DNA of 64,000 nt from Macrostomum lignano. Lineage: Eukaryota. The notes beneath the pieces are model-generated. The model did not search any database and was not told the origin of the DNA. It saw only the letters and a list, made by a program, of their open reading frames with translations. The first letter of the stretch is position 1; each line of letters starts with the position of its first letter. This document shows, piece by piece, positions 16,067 through 29,144 of this stretch. The DNA lies in NCBI GenBank assembly GCA_002269645.1, contig NIVC01000504.1:124001-188000 (forward strand), in the 5' to 3' direction. The position numbers were made by a program, and so were the translations under genes.

Positions 16067-17448
16067 TTGATTTTTAAGTTGATTTCATAGTACAAAGACT
16101 TCTTTTGCTTTACTAAAAGTTTTTAATATTGATACATTTTGTGTTCGCATTAAATAAATACACTCAAAAGTTACTTTCCCTAGTAACACACTTCGTCGCG
16201 GCAACGTCGCGTATTGGTCGCGTTAGGTCGCCTTTAATTTCTACAATAATTTCGGCACCAAAATTATTGAATGATTGAATTGCATGGTCGATTCTTTTAA
16301 CTTGCAGAAGTTGCATATTAACAGTTTAAAACATGTTCATATTTTATATCCCTGAAGCTACTGAATCATTTTCTTTTTTTTTTATTGATAAATTTAAATA
16401 TACTTGTAAAGCATTCGCAAGAGGAGTGCAGTGCTATTATTATCGCTGGTAGTAGTATAAGTAACCAATAAAACTTTAGAAAGCCCTGACTTTCCAATCC
16501 AGGCATGTTCATATACACACTCAGTGACTTGTGGGGGGGGGGGAATCGGCCTTCATGGATGTGAATAGCACCCATACAAAACTCGCATCGCATTGCTGCT
16601 TGACTTTATCCTATGATCTTTATCATATGGCTCTATGTGATGGAATTAGCTCGTATTAACATTTTGTATTAATAAAAAGACGCAGCGCCAACAGGCGATT
16701 TCTCTAGCTAGCTGTCATATGGAAAATAATGAAAAAATCATTTTTTAGAATGCTACAGAAGCCGGTTTTGGCTGCTGCAATGCAAATTCGTGGGATTCCA
16801 GGAAGACTAAGACAAACAATTGTTTTACTCTAAACAATCGCTAACGCAAACATGAAAAGTCTGTGTCTTCTGTCCTTCTCTCGGTAATGTGAGCCGTCCC
16901 CGTGCGCTGCGCGCTCTTGTCAGCCCCGCTGTTCAATGTACTCTCTCTCCCGCCAGCCAACTTAACCCTTCGGCCCTTGCAATATTCAAACCCCCACCCC
17001 ATTCAGTTCTTCTCTCCTCTGCAGCCAATCGGCTTGAGCTTTGGCCCTTCTAGCATTATGTACATCGTATTGCATATCGATCGATCACAATATATAATAG
17101 CACGCAAGGCTAAGTGGAAGCCTAAGCTTTTTTTCCATTCGCAATTAATTGAGCCTTCACAGGTAATAAAATATTTCTGCAAAAAAGTTTTTCGAAAAAC
17201 GATATTTCCTGAAAAGGTTGCAACAAAAACTTCATCGTCACATTTTCACTCACAGATAACTTGACCCTAGTCGATATTTAACCTGCACAAACAGGAAGAG
17301 CATGTTTTCACAAGCTTCTGGACATCGTTTGCAGAGTCTTTGGTTTCATTTACAAAATGGGATAGATTTATATTCCTGTAATCTGCTGCAGTTTTTTGGA
17401 ACTCTACAATAGAGACTTACATAGTAACTAACCCATAAAGACCTAACA

Positions 17449-20043
17449 ATGTCTAGCGCCAGGTTACTAAAACTAATTGTGGTTTTAATGTTCCTAAATG
17501 GCATCGAAAGTTGTAAGTACTTAATACGCTTATATTTTTTGTTTGAATAGATTGGAGGATTAGCAAGGCCATTCCTAATTTTAGCTAATCATTGCGGTCC
17601 CACAAAGTACGTGCAGCACAACGGTTCCGCTATTTCACTTGACGTCACAGTCAGCAGTGACGTCATCAATGCCAGTTTCTCAAACGCTCCAATTCCCAAC
17701 TGTCTGATGCTGTGCCGACTACGGGGCTGCGCGCTGGCCGTTGTCATGGAGACGAGCAACCAAAACTGCCAGATCGTGATCGTGAACGACGCTTCTCAGG
17801 TTCCTGGACCACTAGGAAGTCACGTGACAAGACGGATCGGATCCATCGTTGGATCGCTAATTTGGAAAGTAGAAAACTTTCTAGACATTATAAAATCGAG
17901 AGCTATTAATGCTTCTAGACTGAATCAGCTGTTTATTGGTGAGTGCGAGACGACCAAAAATTGCTTATACCGTGCAGTATACGGTGTCGTCACGTAGTTT
18001 AAAATATTTTTGCTTCAGAAAGCGGCACAGGAAGGACTGGCGATATCCAGTACGCTCTGATCCAAGTGACCGGCTGCTACCGCATCGAGGTGGTCGGAGC
18101 CAAAGGCGGCGACAACGCCTTCAACAACCGCATCGGTGGAGTTGGAGCCTTGGCAGCTGGCAGCTTCAACCTGACAGCCGGCACCCGGCTGGCCATCGTA
18201 GTCGGGCAGGCGGGCGGATCAGCCAAATCTGATGATTCCGGAGCCGGCGGCGGCGGAGGCAGCTTCGTGTACTCAACTGGACCGGCGGCTTCTCAGCAGC
18301 TGCTGGTGGCGGCTGGTGGCGGAGGCGGTGCGTCATATTCTAGAAGCGGTGAGACTTGCACCTCTTTGAAGCTTTAGATGTTCCTTGAATTCATTTCGTT
18401 AGGATGACTCAGATGGAATGAAGTAGTCCTTGATATCTTGTTTCTTAGAAAATCTTTAGAGAACCCTAATGTATTAAAAAATATCTGTACGTTTGTGTGT
18501 TTTGTAACCGGTATCTTTCAGATATTACACAGGTGTCTCGAGTTAAAAATTATCCTAAAATAACAAGATTTAATGTTATGTTTTACTGAAGTCCTTTGTG
18601 ACAACCCCCTAGGGTTGTAGCCTAGTGGCTAGAGCGTCGGACTCACGACTTGAAGGTCGTCGGACTCACGACTTGACGATTCCTGATCCCACTAGAAAAA
18701 TTTGTGTCTTTGAGCAAACTCTTAACTCTGCATTGCTTCAGTTCACCCAGCTGTAAAATGAGTGCCAGCATTAGCTGGGGTATTTAAGGGTGTGTGTGGG
18801 GATCCCCTCCAGTCCTTGGACTGAACAGCCGTACGCAGCCTTCAGATGCGCCACGCAATAGCTACGGCTGAGCTCTCGGTTGCGCATCTGGCCCAATTGG
18901 GGCAGATATAATCTATGATTCTTTATTATTTGTGTGCAAAAATTTATACACGAGTTGCATTGTTTGTGGCTTCTTTCGAAGAAACAATGTGGGTTGTCCT
19001 CACTTATTATTGTCAGTAATTGAATCAGACAGGTAAGACTATCTCCTATAAATATAAATGACTCCAAGAGCAGAAACAATTACAATGTACCACTGGACTT
19101 ACCTTTGCAATAAAAGTAGTGGTGAGTAGCGTTGCTACTCTGAGTTAGCGAACACGTCGGGGAGGGGCCGCCCCGGGCCTGTGTGGGCTTTCCAGTGTGC
19201 GTGCTCTGTCTGGCGGGGGGAGGGGTGGGTGCTTGAGTCCCCCCCGCCCCTTGGGGGTTTTTTAGGCCGCGCGGGGCTGCTCTGGCCCAGCTACCCTGTC
19301 TCGCGTTTGCAAGCTCATTTTTTTATCCGATTTTATTTTCCCCCTTTAAAGCCACATTTGTCTTTTAATCGCGTTCGAACTGAGCTCACTAAAATATAAT
19401 CGACCAATCACAAGGGCCTGTTCCGCCCGGGTTCGTCTTCCTCGCCCGTGCCGTGCCTTTGCCTTCCTTCCTCGGCGTCGTTCGTTAATAGCAGTTACTA
19501 AAAATATTAAACGAATTCAAAATTCCAGCTCACCCAGGGGAAGGCGGCAGCAATGGCAGCGACTCAATCGGCGGCTCGATCAACCGTTTAGGATTTGGCG
19601 GAGTCGATGGCCAGCCAGGAAGAAACAATCCGAGCTACTGGCCTTCGAACCGAAACTCAGGCGGCTGCGGAGCCGGTTGGCTGGGCAGGGCCGCGATGAA
19701 CCGCAGCAGCCCCAAGCAGGGTCAGAGAGGCAACGGCCGGGCACATGGCTGGGCTGGTGGCAAGGCAGGGCGGGATGGCTTCGGCGGCTTTGGTGGCTTC
19801 GGCGGCTTCGGCGGCGTCGGCGGCTTCGGCGGCGGCGGCGGAGGAGCGTCACGGGGCGCTGGGGGCGGCGGCGGCGGCTTCAGCGGAGGCGGCGCTGGCG
19901 ACGGTAAAAACCACGCCGGAGGTGGCGGGGGCTCGTTCTGCTGCGGCAGCGACTGCGTCACTGTCTCAGGCGGCAGCTTGGACAGCGAGCAGCGGGGCCG
20001 AGCTGCTCTGCGACTGTTGGCTCCGTTTACAGATCAGTGCTGA
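17449..20043 (+). CDS. Secreted PAN/apple-like + ALK/LTK glycine-rich domain (PF12810-like) protein, paralog 1, ~420 aa
   Basis: join(17449..17512,17585..17938,18019..18348,19529..20043) = 1263 nt, all introns phase 1. Signal-peptide exon MSSARLLKLIVVLMFLNGIES; Cys module CLMLCRLRGC..C; GRD motifs GCYRIEVVGAKGG, FNLTAGTRLAIVVGQAG, GGGGGSFVY, LLVAAGGGGG, GGCGAGW, GGFGGGGG, GGFSGG, GGGGGSFC. Confidence 0.85.
18612..18915 (+). mobile_element. tRNA-derived CORE-like SINE family B
   Basis: tRNA-like head TAGCCTAGTGG..GAGCGTCGGACTC; core TTAACTCTGCATTGCTTCAGTTCACCCAGCTGTAAAATG resembling the MIR/CORE domain; shared tail AGTCCTTGGACTGAACAGCCGTACGCAGCCTTCAGATG. Lies in intron 3 of GRD paralog 1. Confidence 0.8.
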
Positions 20044-20044
20044 G

Positions 20045-20046
20045 CT

Positions 20047-20091
<45 letters not shown>

Positions 20092-20112
20092 TAGACAGAC
20101 AGACAGACAGAC
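20045..20112. repeat. (GACA)n microsatellite directly after the paralog 1 stop codon
   Basis: Direct inspection. Confidence 0.95.
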
Positions 20113-20675
20113 AGAGTGCAAATCTCTATTGATGAATGATTATGTTTTAGAATAAAATTTTCTTAGCACACTATACAGTGCATCTCAATCTATCTTAATT
20201 TTTATCAGACTAATTCTTACTAAGCCCTGGAGTCAAGCACCGCAGTTGTATTAAAAACAGTGAATTACAATTTTGCGTAGTCACGGACGCGATACAAGTC
20301 AGTCAAGTGGGAGAGGAAAAACCTGTAGAACAGAGGCATTTAACAATCATTCCATGTCCGGCTATCATTTAAATGATACATACTATGTAAATCATGTACT
20401 ATGTAAATTTTTTTAATTTTAATCTACAGTAAACCAATATACGACGAGTATGTACTAGAAACGAAGTTACAAACGCCTCAACCGATTTTCAAAAATTCGC
20501 GCTATTAGATCAGAAAACGGGCTTCGGTACATATCTTCAGGTTAAAAAAGTTTCTCAATTAAATACTCAAAAAACAATTTTCATAATTTACTCGAAGGGA
20601 TAGCATTTGTTGTTGAATTATCAACACTTATCACCATGTAGAGTGGAAAACGATCTCAACTGCCCTTCATTAATC

Positions 20676-21260
20676 ATGGAAAACTCATCCAAAGTAGAGA
20701 CGAGATTCTTCGCTACTCTCGAAAGCGTCTTTGTCGACTGCCTGCCGAATGCGCCAAATCGACGCATCTTCTGCCCCATCAGCACAGCCTACGGCATCGT
20801 AACCAGCCTGCTGCTGCCTCTGGTGATCGTGTCGGGACTCTGGCAACTGCACCACGGCCTGGATCACGCTGGGTCGCGGTGCGGAGCGCTCCCAACTCAA
20901 CGTTTACCTGGGCGCCATGGCGATTGCTGACAACGCCTCCCTGCTGGTATCTGGCTGCCTTGACCTGCTTCTCACTCGAGGGCTGCCGTGGGTGAGCGGC
21001 GGTCGACTGGGCTTCATCGTGTCAAACTACTCTTCTACAGTTTGCACTGTGCATCGTTTCGCTCAGAAGTGGCTCAGCCTGCAGTCGATGTGCATATTTC
21101 TGTCGATGGTGCTGGACCGAGCTCTGTGCCTGGCCATGCCGTTTCGCTTCCAGGTCGTGTCGCTGTCGCGGCCTCACTGGCACTGAGCTCCGTCTGTCTG
21201 GCAGTGTACGGCTGGGATGAGTTGCAATTCGGACCCACTGGGCCCATGATTGTTGTGTGA
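20676..21260 (+). pseudogene. Frameshifted, truncated class A (rhodopsin-like, peptide-receptor type) GPCR, TM1-TM4 only
   Basis: TM1 YGIVTSLLLPLVIVSGL continues as GNCTTAW only after a +1 shift at ~20841. TM2 NVYLGAMAIADN; TM3 FLSMVLDRALCLAMPFRF (DRY-like). A second frame change near 21155 leads to TM4-like VAVAASLALSSVCLAVYGW, then a stop at 21260. TM5-7 were not found. Confidence 0.7.
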
Positions 21261-21669
21261 GGCTTGTGTGTACTTATAGTACGGGCTATCACTTTCTGTC
21301 GACTCTGTAGCTTATTATACTTGATGTTTAATAGTTTAGTATACTTGGCGCTACTCTTACTATGGCTTTGCATAAGTTCCTCAATCCCTCTCTTTAGCAG
21401 ATTTCCTCGGACATGATTTCCCTTGGAATCTCTTTAATGCAAATAAAGTAACACTTATAAGTCTGAGAATGAATTTATTGAACTAGGGAACACGAGTCAA
21501 CAAGCTTAGCCTATTATAGTTAGACTAGGCGTGCTGAAACTGGGTGAAACGCACGGTATCCCGCCCGCTGCAAATATCTATGGCCGACTTCAATAAGTAA
21601 AAAAACTCGTATGCATATAAGTATCTAGTTAATGTTTTTACAGCTTGTACATATTGAAAGTAAAGCTTT

Positions 21670-22125
21670 CTGCACCCAACCACTGAGCTACTCTGCACCC
21701 AACCACTGAGCTACTCTGCCCCAACCACTGAGCTACTCTGCCCCCAACCACTGAGCTACTCTGCCCCCAACCACTGAGCTACTCTGCACCCAACCACTGA
21801 GCTACTCTGCACCCAACCACTGAGCTACTCTGCACCCAACCACTGAGCTACTCTGCCCCCAACCACTGAGCTACTCTGCACCCAACCACTGAGCTACTCT
21901 GCACCCAACCACTGAGCTACTCTGCCCCCAACCACTGAGCTACTCTGCACCCAACCACTGAGCTACTCTGCACCCAACCACTGAGCTACTCTGCACCCAA
22001 CCACTGAGCTACTCTGCACCCAACCACTGAGCTACTCTGCACCCAACCACTGAGCTACTCTGCCCCCAACCACTGAGCTACTCTGCACCCAACCACTGAG
22101 CTACTCTGCATCAAACTACTGAGCT
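21670..22125. repeat. 23-bp minisatellite
   Basis: Unit CTGCACCCAACCACTGAGCTACT. Confidence 0.95.
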
Positions 22126-23769
22126 ACGGAGCTACAGAAAATAATTGAGAGCAATTCTATATTTGAAGTTGATGATGTACATGTAGTCAAGTAGGTTTTC
22201 GGACTCCGTCAGCTTGTCGGGTGGTACCGCGCGCTGGTGCATGCATGTTCGCTAGATTTAACTCAGCTAGCTACCCTTTAAACAGTCTATCATTACATTG
22301 CTGCATCGAAAGTCAAGGTACCGTAATTTTTTAAGATAAGCGTCAATTATTGGTTATACAGTGCTGAAGTCAGACCGGAGCAACATGGCCTCTCGTATCC
22401 ACATGTACATGTACATCTTAACTTTAAAATACATCAGCAGTATCTCAGAAACAGTATGGACGTCTGAAGGTATTTGAATATTGAATTAAAATGCTCCCAC
22501 TGCAAAGTAGAGGCTCTAATGGAACCTTTAGTTGAGGTTGTAATGTAGACTAAATTAACTGATGAGTTTGAACTAATTTTCAATTAAAACGCAGCGAGGC
22601 TCAATCATCTTCAACGGAGCCATTCCGTTCCCAACCGATAAATAACAAAGCTGGTATTACTTATTACTTACACTACTGACAGTGAGTTATGGTAAAGTAT
22701 TATACAGATATACGTTGTATCAGATGTATAAAGTAAAAAAAGTCGTTAAAAGTAAACTTTACTTTTCGACGAAATAAATCAGAAAGTTTAAAGTAGACAT
22801 ATATGTGCGTACGTCAGGATCACGTAGCATCTTGATTTGATTCTCAGAAGTCCTGCGTTGCTGAACGAGTCTTAAACTGTTCTCCGATCGCGATCGTCGA
22901 CTTTTCAATGGCCGAACGCTTCCAGTCCTTCTTGGGTTCCCTTGGGAGTCTGCTCACAATAGGGATCGAGATACTCATCATTGGTGATAGCCGAAGGTTC
23001 CTGAGCACAATCCGCTCCTACTTCAATTTCCTGGGCACAGGCAGCTGGACACTGCGGAACAGACTCTAGGATCAGAAGGTGTCAAGAAGGCAATTGTTAT
23101 TGAATGAGCAATGTCATCGATGCCGCCATTGTCATGGGCGGATTGAAATAGCTGATCACAGACCACGCTGTCTCGAGTCGCTGAGCACCGGGGACAAGGC
23201 TCTGCAATTGATAAATTTACTCCGACGGTTGCACTGCCTTCTTTGAGATGTAGAGCCATTCTTAGAGCCATACTTAGCTGCTCAATAAAACCGCACTAGA
23301 CAGGAGACTCCCTGTCCGTCTGCTCCTAACTGTGAGTCTAAGACTAACGACCCATTTCGGGAAAATAAGTTAGTGGGCTTTATCCACAGAAAGATATCGA
23401 AAGATTATTTAGATACGACTCGTAGATAGTCAGATAGAGGCCACACTAACAAAGCACAAGCAGTTTAGGAGACGAAAATATGTGACAGTTCTCTACTGCT
23501 AAGAGGAGAACAGCCACCGCTATTATTATCACCATCCAATAGAGACATTTCTCGCAAAAACATCGTCCCGCTGTTTTTTTCAAGCCTCATAAACAATTGC
23601 GTCTGCATACGCGGTCTCACAACGCCCCCTCATTATTTCGATGTGAGCCTGAAAATACGAAAACAACTCCAAGGGTGCATGGTTGGGCAGATTACTGCGC
23701 CTATGTTGATGATAACAAGCTGGATTGAAAAAAACAAAAATACACACTCAGATGGCCTCGCAAAATGTC

Positions 23770-23777
23770 TATATAAG
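23770..23777 (+). promoter_or_regulatory. Candidate TATA box of the triple-vWA gene
   Basis: TATATAAG about 110 nt upstream of ATG 23883; TSS not known. Confidence 0.4.
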
Positions 23778-23882
23778 CGGCAATCGCGGAGCCCACAGAG
23801 GCAAAGGCTCCGAGAGAAATCGAATCGAGACAACTCAAAAGAAAACCCTTAAGCAAGAAAATCTTCAAGCAACAAAGCCTCC

Positions 23883-26800
23883 ATGAAGGCGTCCGCTCTG
23901 ATTCTCATCGTGGGCTCTGCCCTCGTGCTGCAAGTCGCTGCTCAGCTTGGTAAGTTTCTGTTGTTGTCTGCTCAGTCAATACTTCAAGACTGATTTAATC
24001 TGTTACTGACCGACAACGATCCCTTCCGTAATTCGCTCAGATCCCGTTTGCGACAGCTGTCCATCCAAGAACTGCACCTACGATAAGCGGCTGTCATGCA
24101 GCTGCACAGGCCTCAACCGGACAATCGAGATTGTGGATCCCGGAGACCGCGAGTACTTTAACGTCTCTCTCGGCTTCGTTGTGGACAACACTGGCAGCAT
24201 GAGGACGGAGATCGCGTCGGTGAAGTCCAGCATTCAGGCTGTTGTCAGTAAGTTTTACAGACAGTGATCTTCCGATTACCGAGTCGAAGTTGCTAAATGC
24301 ACCAATGTACGAGCGTATTACAAGAGTAGGTGATTATTGTCAAACATTGTCATTCCAGCTGCCACATCCGGAATCTTCGACAAGTACGTGATTGGCACCT
24401 ACAACGATCCCTACGTGGCCAACGTGTTCGAATCGACGGACGCTTCCGCCATCAACAGCTTTGTGAGCACAATCAACGCCAATGCTGGAGGCGACTGTCC
24501 TGAGATGGCAATGCACGGCATCCGGGATGTGGCCGACCGTCTCAGTCCCGGCTCCGTCATCTTTCTGTTCACCGACGCGAGCTCCAAGGATCTGGCTCTC
24601 GAGCCGGATGTCAAGGCTCTGCTGGAGTCCAAGAACATCCGGCTTAACGTTATGGCGACCGGAAATCTTTGCGGCATGGGTGCCGAGTTCTCTAGACTGA
24701 CCACCGCCACCAACGGAACAATCTACAGGACGCCCGACAAGTCCGATGTCGACTTCGTTATGAACTACATCAAGAACTTTGCCAAGTACGGCATTCGGTT
24801 CATCCGCGGCATGCCGACGACTCTGGAAGATCTGAAAGCCATCGCCGATGGAAGTGAGTTGCCACTTCTGATTTGAGGTTATAACAAATGTCAATTACAA
24901 GCATAAGCATAAAAAATGATTTTCCAAAATATTTCAGACTGCTCCTGCAAGACCAGCATTGAGAACCTCGTCTGCATCGAGCCCCCGACAAAGAGCTGTC
25001 CGTGCCCGGAGGGCTTCGAACATATTGTGGTGAAGAAGAAGGTGTGCGTGCCCGGTCCGTGCAAGAAGCACAAGTACGGCTCCCTAGGTTTCGTCATCGA
25101 CAACACGGGCTCAATGGCGGCTGAGATTTTCGCGGTGCGCGCTCATATCGCCAACATCATGGCCAACAACACCGTGTTTAAGGACTACGTGGTGGCTACA
25201 TTCGGCGATCCCTACAAGAAGAATGTGATTCGATCCAGCGACGAGTCGGTCATCCAGTCCTTTGTGAACTCGATCTCGCCATCTGCAGGCGGAGACTGTC
25301 CCGAGTTCGCCATGTCGGGTATCGAGGACGCGGCCAAGAAGGCCCGCAAGAACTCTGTGCTAGTCTTGTTCACCGATGCTGCAGCAAAAGATGCGAGCAA
25401 GCTGGCCGCTGTCAAGGCGCTGTTGTTGGCGAAGAACACGAAGCTGTTTGTCATCGCCACTGGCACCTTCTGCGGCTCCGGCGTGTACAAGGGAGAATTC
25501 GACGACCTCGCAGCTGCCTCTGGTGGGGACGTCATGACGCTGACAGCAAAGTCATCAGTTAGCGAGGTAAATTTACTTTTGAGCTCACTATTAATGCAAT
25601 ATCTGCTTGGAGTCATTTTATTCCAGTTAAGCTTTAAACAAAAACAAAGCAATCAAATCATTTTTTGGCAGATTCTTGACTTCCTCGCCCTGGCTGCTGC
25701 CGGCAAGTACTCACTGCGTTCGTTCCCTCGCTGCTTGGACGACATGCGAAAGATGAAGCCAGAACGTAAGTTTGTTGAGTTTTTCTCTTTTCAGAGTCGA
25801 ACTTTGCTAAGATTATAATTTTAAATTTTGTATAATAGAAAATTTGCTTCTTATCATATTTCAGGCTGCTGCAAATGGGTCATCCATCACAAATGCAAGC
25901 CAATTGAACGTAAGTTTCTTTACTTATTAGGTTGAAAATACCTTACTTTTGATTGGCGCTAATTATCGACGCTTCGACACTTCAGCGTCCTGCCCGCTCG
26001 GCTACAAGCGAGTGACGATGCGCAACAAAGTGTGCGGCTCGCCCAACGGCTGCCCCAGGAAGCGGGTCGGCTCTCTGGGGTTCATCATTGACGACACCGG
26101 CTCAATGGGTGCCGAGATCTTCGCCGTGCGGACTCACATCAGCGCCATCATGGCGAACAACACGGTGTTCAAGGACTACGTGGTATCCCGGTACGGCGAT
26201 CCCTACGTGAAGAATGTGATCCGGTCGAGCGACGCGTCCGCAATCCAGAGCTTCGTGAACGCGATCGGGCCTTCGGGCGGAGGCGACTGTCCCGAGTACG
26301 CCATGTCAGCCATTGAGGACGCAGCCAAGGAGGCACTCGAAAACTCCGTGCTCATCCTATTCACCGACGCTGCCGCAAAAGACGCAAACATGAGTGCCGA
26401 TGTCGCAGCTCTGCTGGTTTCTAAGAAAATCAAACTCTACGTGATCGGCACCGGCCAGTTTTGCGGTCCCAGAGTGTACAAGGGAGAGTACGACTACCTT
26501 GCTGCGGCATCTGGTGGCTCCGTGATGAAGCTGACTGCGAAGACCTCCGTTGGAGAGGTAAGCAATGCGAATCTTTGTGTAGTTGGGTTTGAGTTTCACT
26601 TCAGACAAGTTCTGATGCCAATGGACAGTGCTTTCACCGCAACCACTTTCCAAACTCACAGGTTCTCAACTTCATCGGGCTCGCCGCCTCCGGTATGACG
26701 TCATTTGATTCGCTGCCCAGCACCCTGGAGGGCCTGCACGGCATGCCGTATCGTGAGTTACTCAGCTTCTGATCCTGTGGAGTTAGATTTCACGATCAAA

Positions 26801-26904
26801 GCCAGCAGATTTTTAGCAGAATTGCATCCGTTTCGTTTTCAGAGGATAATTGCTGGATTGAAGAGATCTCCACCTGCATGTGCGACTGCTATGATCGCCC
26901 GTGA
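23883..26904 (+). CDS. Secreted protein with three tandem hemicentin/VWA7-type von Willebrand A domains and Cys-rich linkers, ~753 aa, 9 exons
   Basis: join(23883..23949,24041..24247,24359..24853,24938..25566,25672..25765,25865..25909,25986..26557,26662..26752,26843..26904) = 2262 nt with consistent phases. Signal peptide MKASALILIVGSALVLQVAA. Three copies of SLGF(V/I)(V/I)D(N/D)TGSM..EI ... (N/G)DP ... GGDCPE.AM ... LFTDA ... ATG..CG. Confidence 0.88.
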
Positions 26905-29144
26905 GCAGCAAACTGACAAGCTGTGACTTTTCACAACTTTTTCTGAGTAACGAATTCGCCTGGCGCCATTTTAGCCAGTTAATTTTGTTTAATTCATTCG
27001 GATTTGTATGAAGTTAAAACTTCAAGAAGTTACTATAGTCCGAGAGAGAACATTGCATATCGTAAAACACATCCCTCTTACATTTGTATAGCTAATCAAC
27101 CTATTGTAATTGATCGAGTATAAACCAATGTCGATTTTAAAAAATGCGATTAAGTACTAATGATGCTTCGCAATAAAATTTCACCCGACGCTTTGAATTC
27201 GAAAAGTAAAATTTTTTTCCTATGATTGTAATTTGGAATTACTGTATCTTCGTGTACAGGAATACTATTATTTAAGTAATAATATAGTAAGCAAATACTT
27301 AATTTGCTTTTCGCGGATGGCAATAAATTCTGCTTTCAAGACTTGAACTTCTAAAATTGCTTGAAGTTTGAAATCTTTATTTTGAGTGGCTGGTGACATT
27401 ATAAATTAAAATATTGCAAAAATCGTAGCGATAACGATCGTAATTAAAATTTGTTGGTTTTGAAATGCTGGATAAAGATGCCACTGACTTTTCTCTCGTA
27501 TTTATTCAGATTGATTGAAATTCGTAAAAATTAGCAGAAACAAGCTGAACGAACCAGCTCTCTTGAAATCGGGTTTCGGACTTCTAGTGAGACAAGATAA
27601 TGAGGATTTTTGCCATAGACAACTGGCAATCAGCGTGCAATAATGTACCTCATTGTTATAGTTATAAAATTATTGTTATAAAGCACTATTTATACTACGT
27701 AGACAGATCGTGTATATTTTAACAAAGATTTATAAATCAAAAGTATTTGCACTCTATGAAAAATACTATATTTCGCGCTAATTTGAAAATAGACATTCCT
27801 AGAAATATAGGTACCGCTCCCACACGTTTACATATACTGCTCTCTGTAGAGTGCCAATCGAACGCCATGTATGACGGACGGCAAGCTTGAGCTAAATTTA
27901 TCAAAAATTCAAGATAATTCATCAATTAGCTCCATTTTTTGCGTGACGCCCGCAAAAATATTGTTAAACTGTTAGATTAAAAAAACTACATAAAACGAAA
28001 CTGTGCGAAGAGAATTTTCTTAAAGTTATCGTGAGAAACCGTGAGTTCGAAGCTTCCAAACATAGATCTTATATTTCCTAGAATGCGGCAATATGGAATG
28101 TGCGACGGCTGTTTTTTGCCGCTTGAGCGAAAAAAAACCGACATGGGTTGTTTAAATTTTGAGTTCAGTAGCTTAGGGACACAGACGCAATTTTTTGGGA
28201 GTCTGATAGAACTTCTCATGAATTAAATAAAATTAAGCTATTCAATCAAAACTAAGAATGATTCGTGCACCACAGAGACTACTAACAAAATTGTGTTCAG
28301 TAGTTGCTTTTCCCTGTGTCGTGAGTTGCAAAAAAATTCATATTGGCTTCTATGGCCACATAAGTGGTTAAGGAGTAGCCCATATTGTGTATATACTCTA
28401 TATTCTGTGTGTGTATATATGGTCTTGGCTTCAAATAGCCAATGCACTCAACTGCAACAGATACGAGCGTATCGGATAAACGAATTTTTTTGCTGACGAG
28501 GATGACGTACGATGAGAAAAAACTCCAACGCGAAATTCTGCGACATTTTTAGCTGGCTTGACGTTGCAATAAGAATTATAATTTTTTACTTATTATCCTC
28601 AACTTAAAATCAAATAAATCTACTGATATTTTAAATCAGAATATGACGAGTCGAAACCTTGTCCTATCGCCTATAGCCAAAAGACATTCCACCAGATTTT
28701 TATGTAGCATAAAAATTCTTAAAGCTTTGGTGTGGCGCAGTTGACTACTCTCTTTGTCTCGCTCGCTGTTAGAAGTAACTTAACTATCTCACCGATTTGC
28801 ACAAGATTTATTATCAAAAAGAAGAGCTGCATTCGAAAATGTTGACGCTATGGCTCACACATGTACGAGGTATAGCTATTCTGGCGCTAAAAGTTGCTAA
28901 TCTAGCTGTTCTAACTTGTTTTTTAAACACAACGAATTTTATCTATTGTAACTTTAGATAATAAAATAATATTCTTGTCTGCCTTGAATAAAAAGACTTG
29001 ACCTAAATTCGTCTGCAAGGAGATACGAGTCACGAAAAACTACAAAACAGCGAACCGACGCCAGTAAAAAAAAAGCGATAAAAAACGTACTTTTCGTGGT
29101 TGAAGTAAACACCAGTGAAGGAGTTCATTGGCTACACAATACTA

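Noticed and set aside
22850-23271. GC-richer island with an 82-aa minus-strand ORF (23023..23271)
   Set aside because: No recognisable motif or consistent splice model; it could be an unrecognised exon or TE relic, but cannot be supported.
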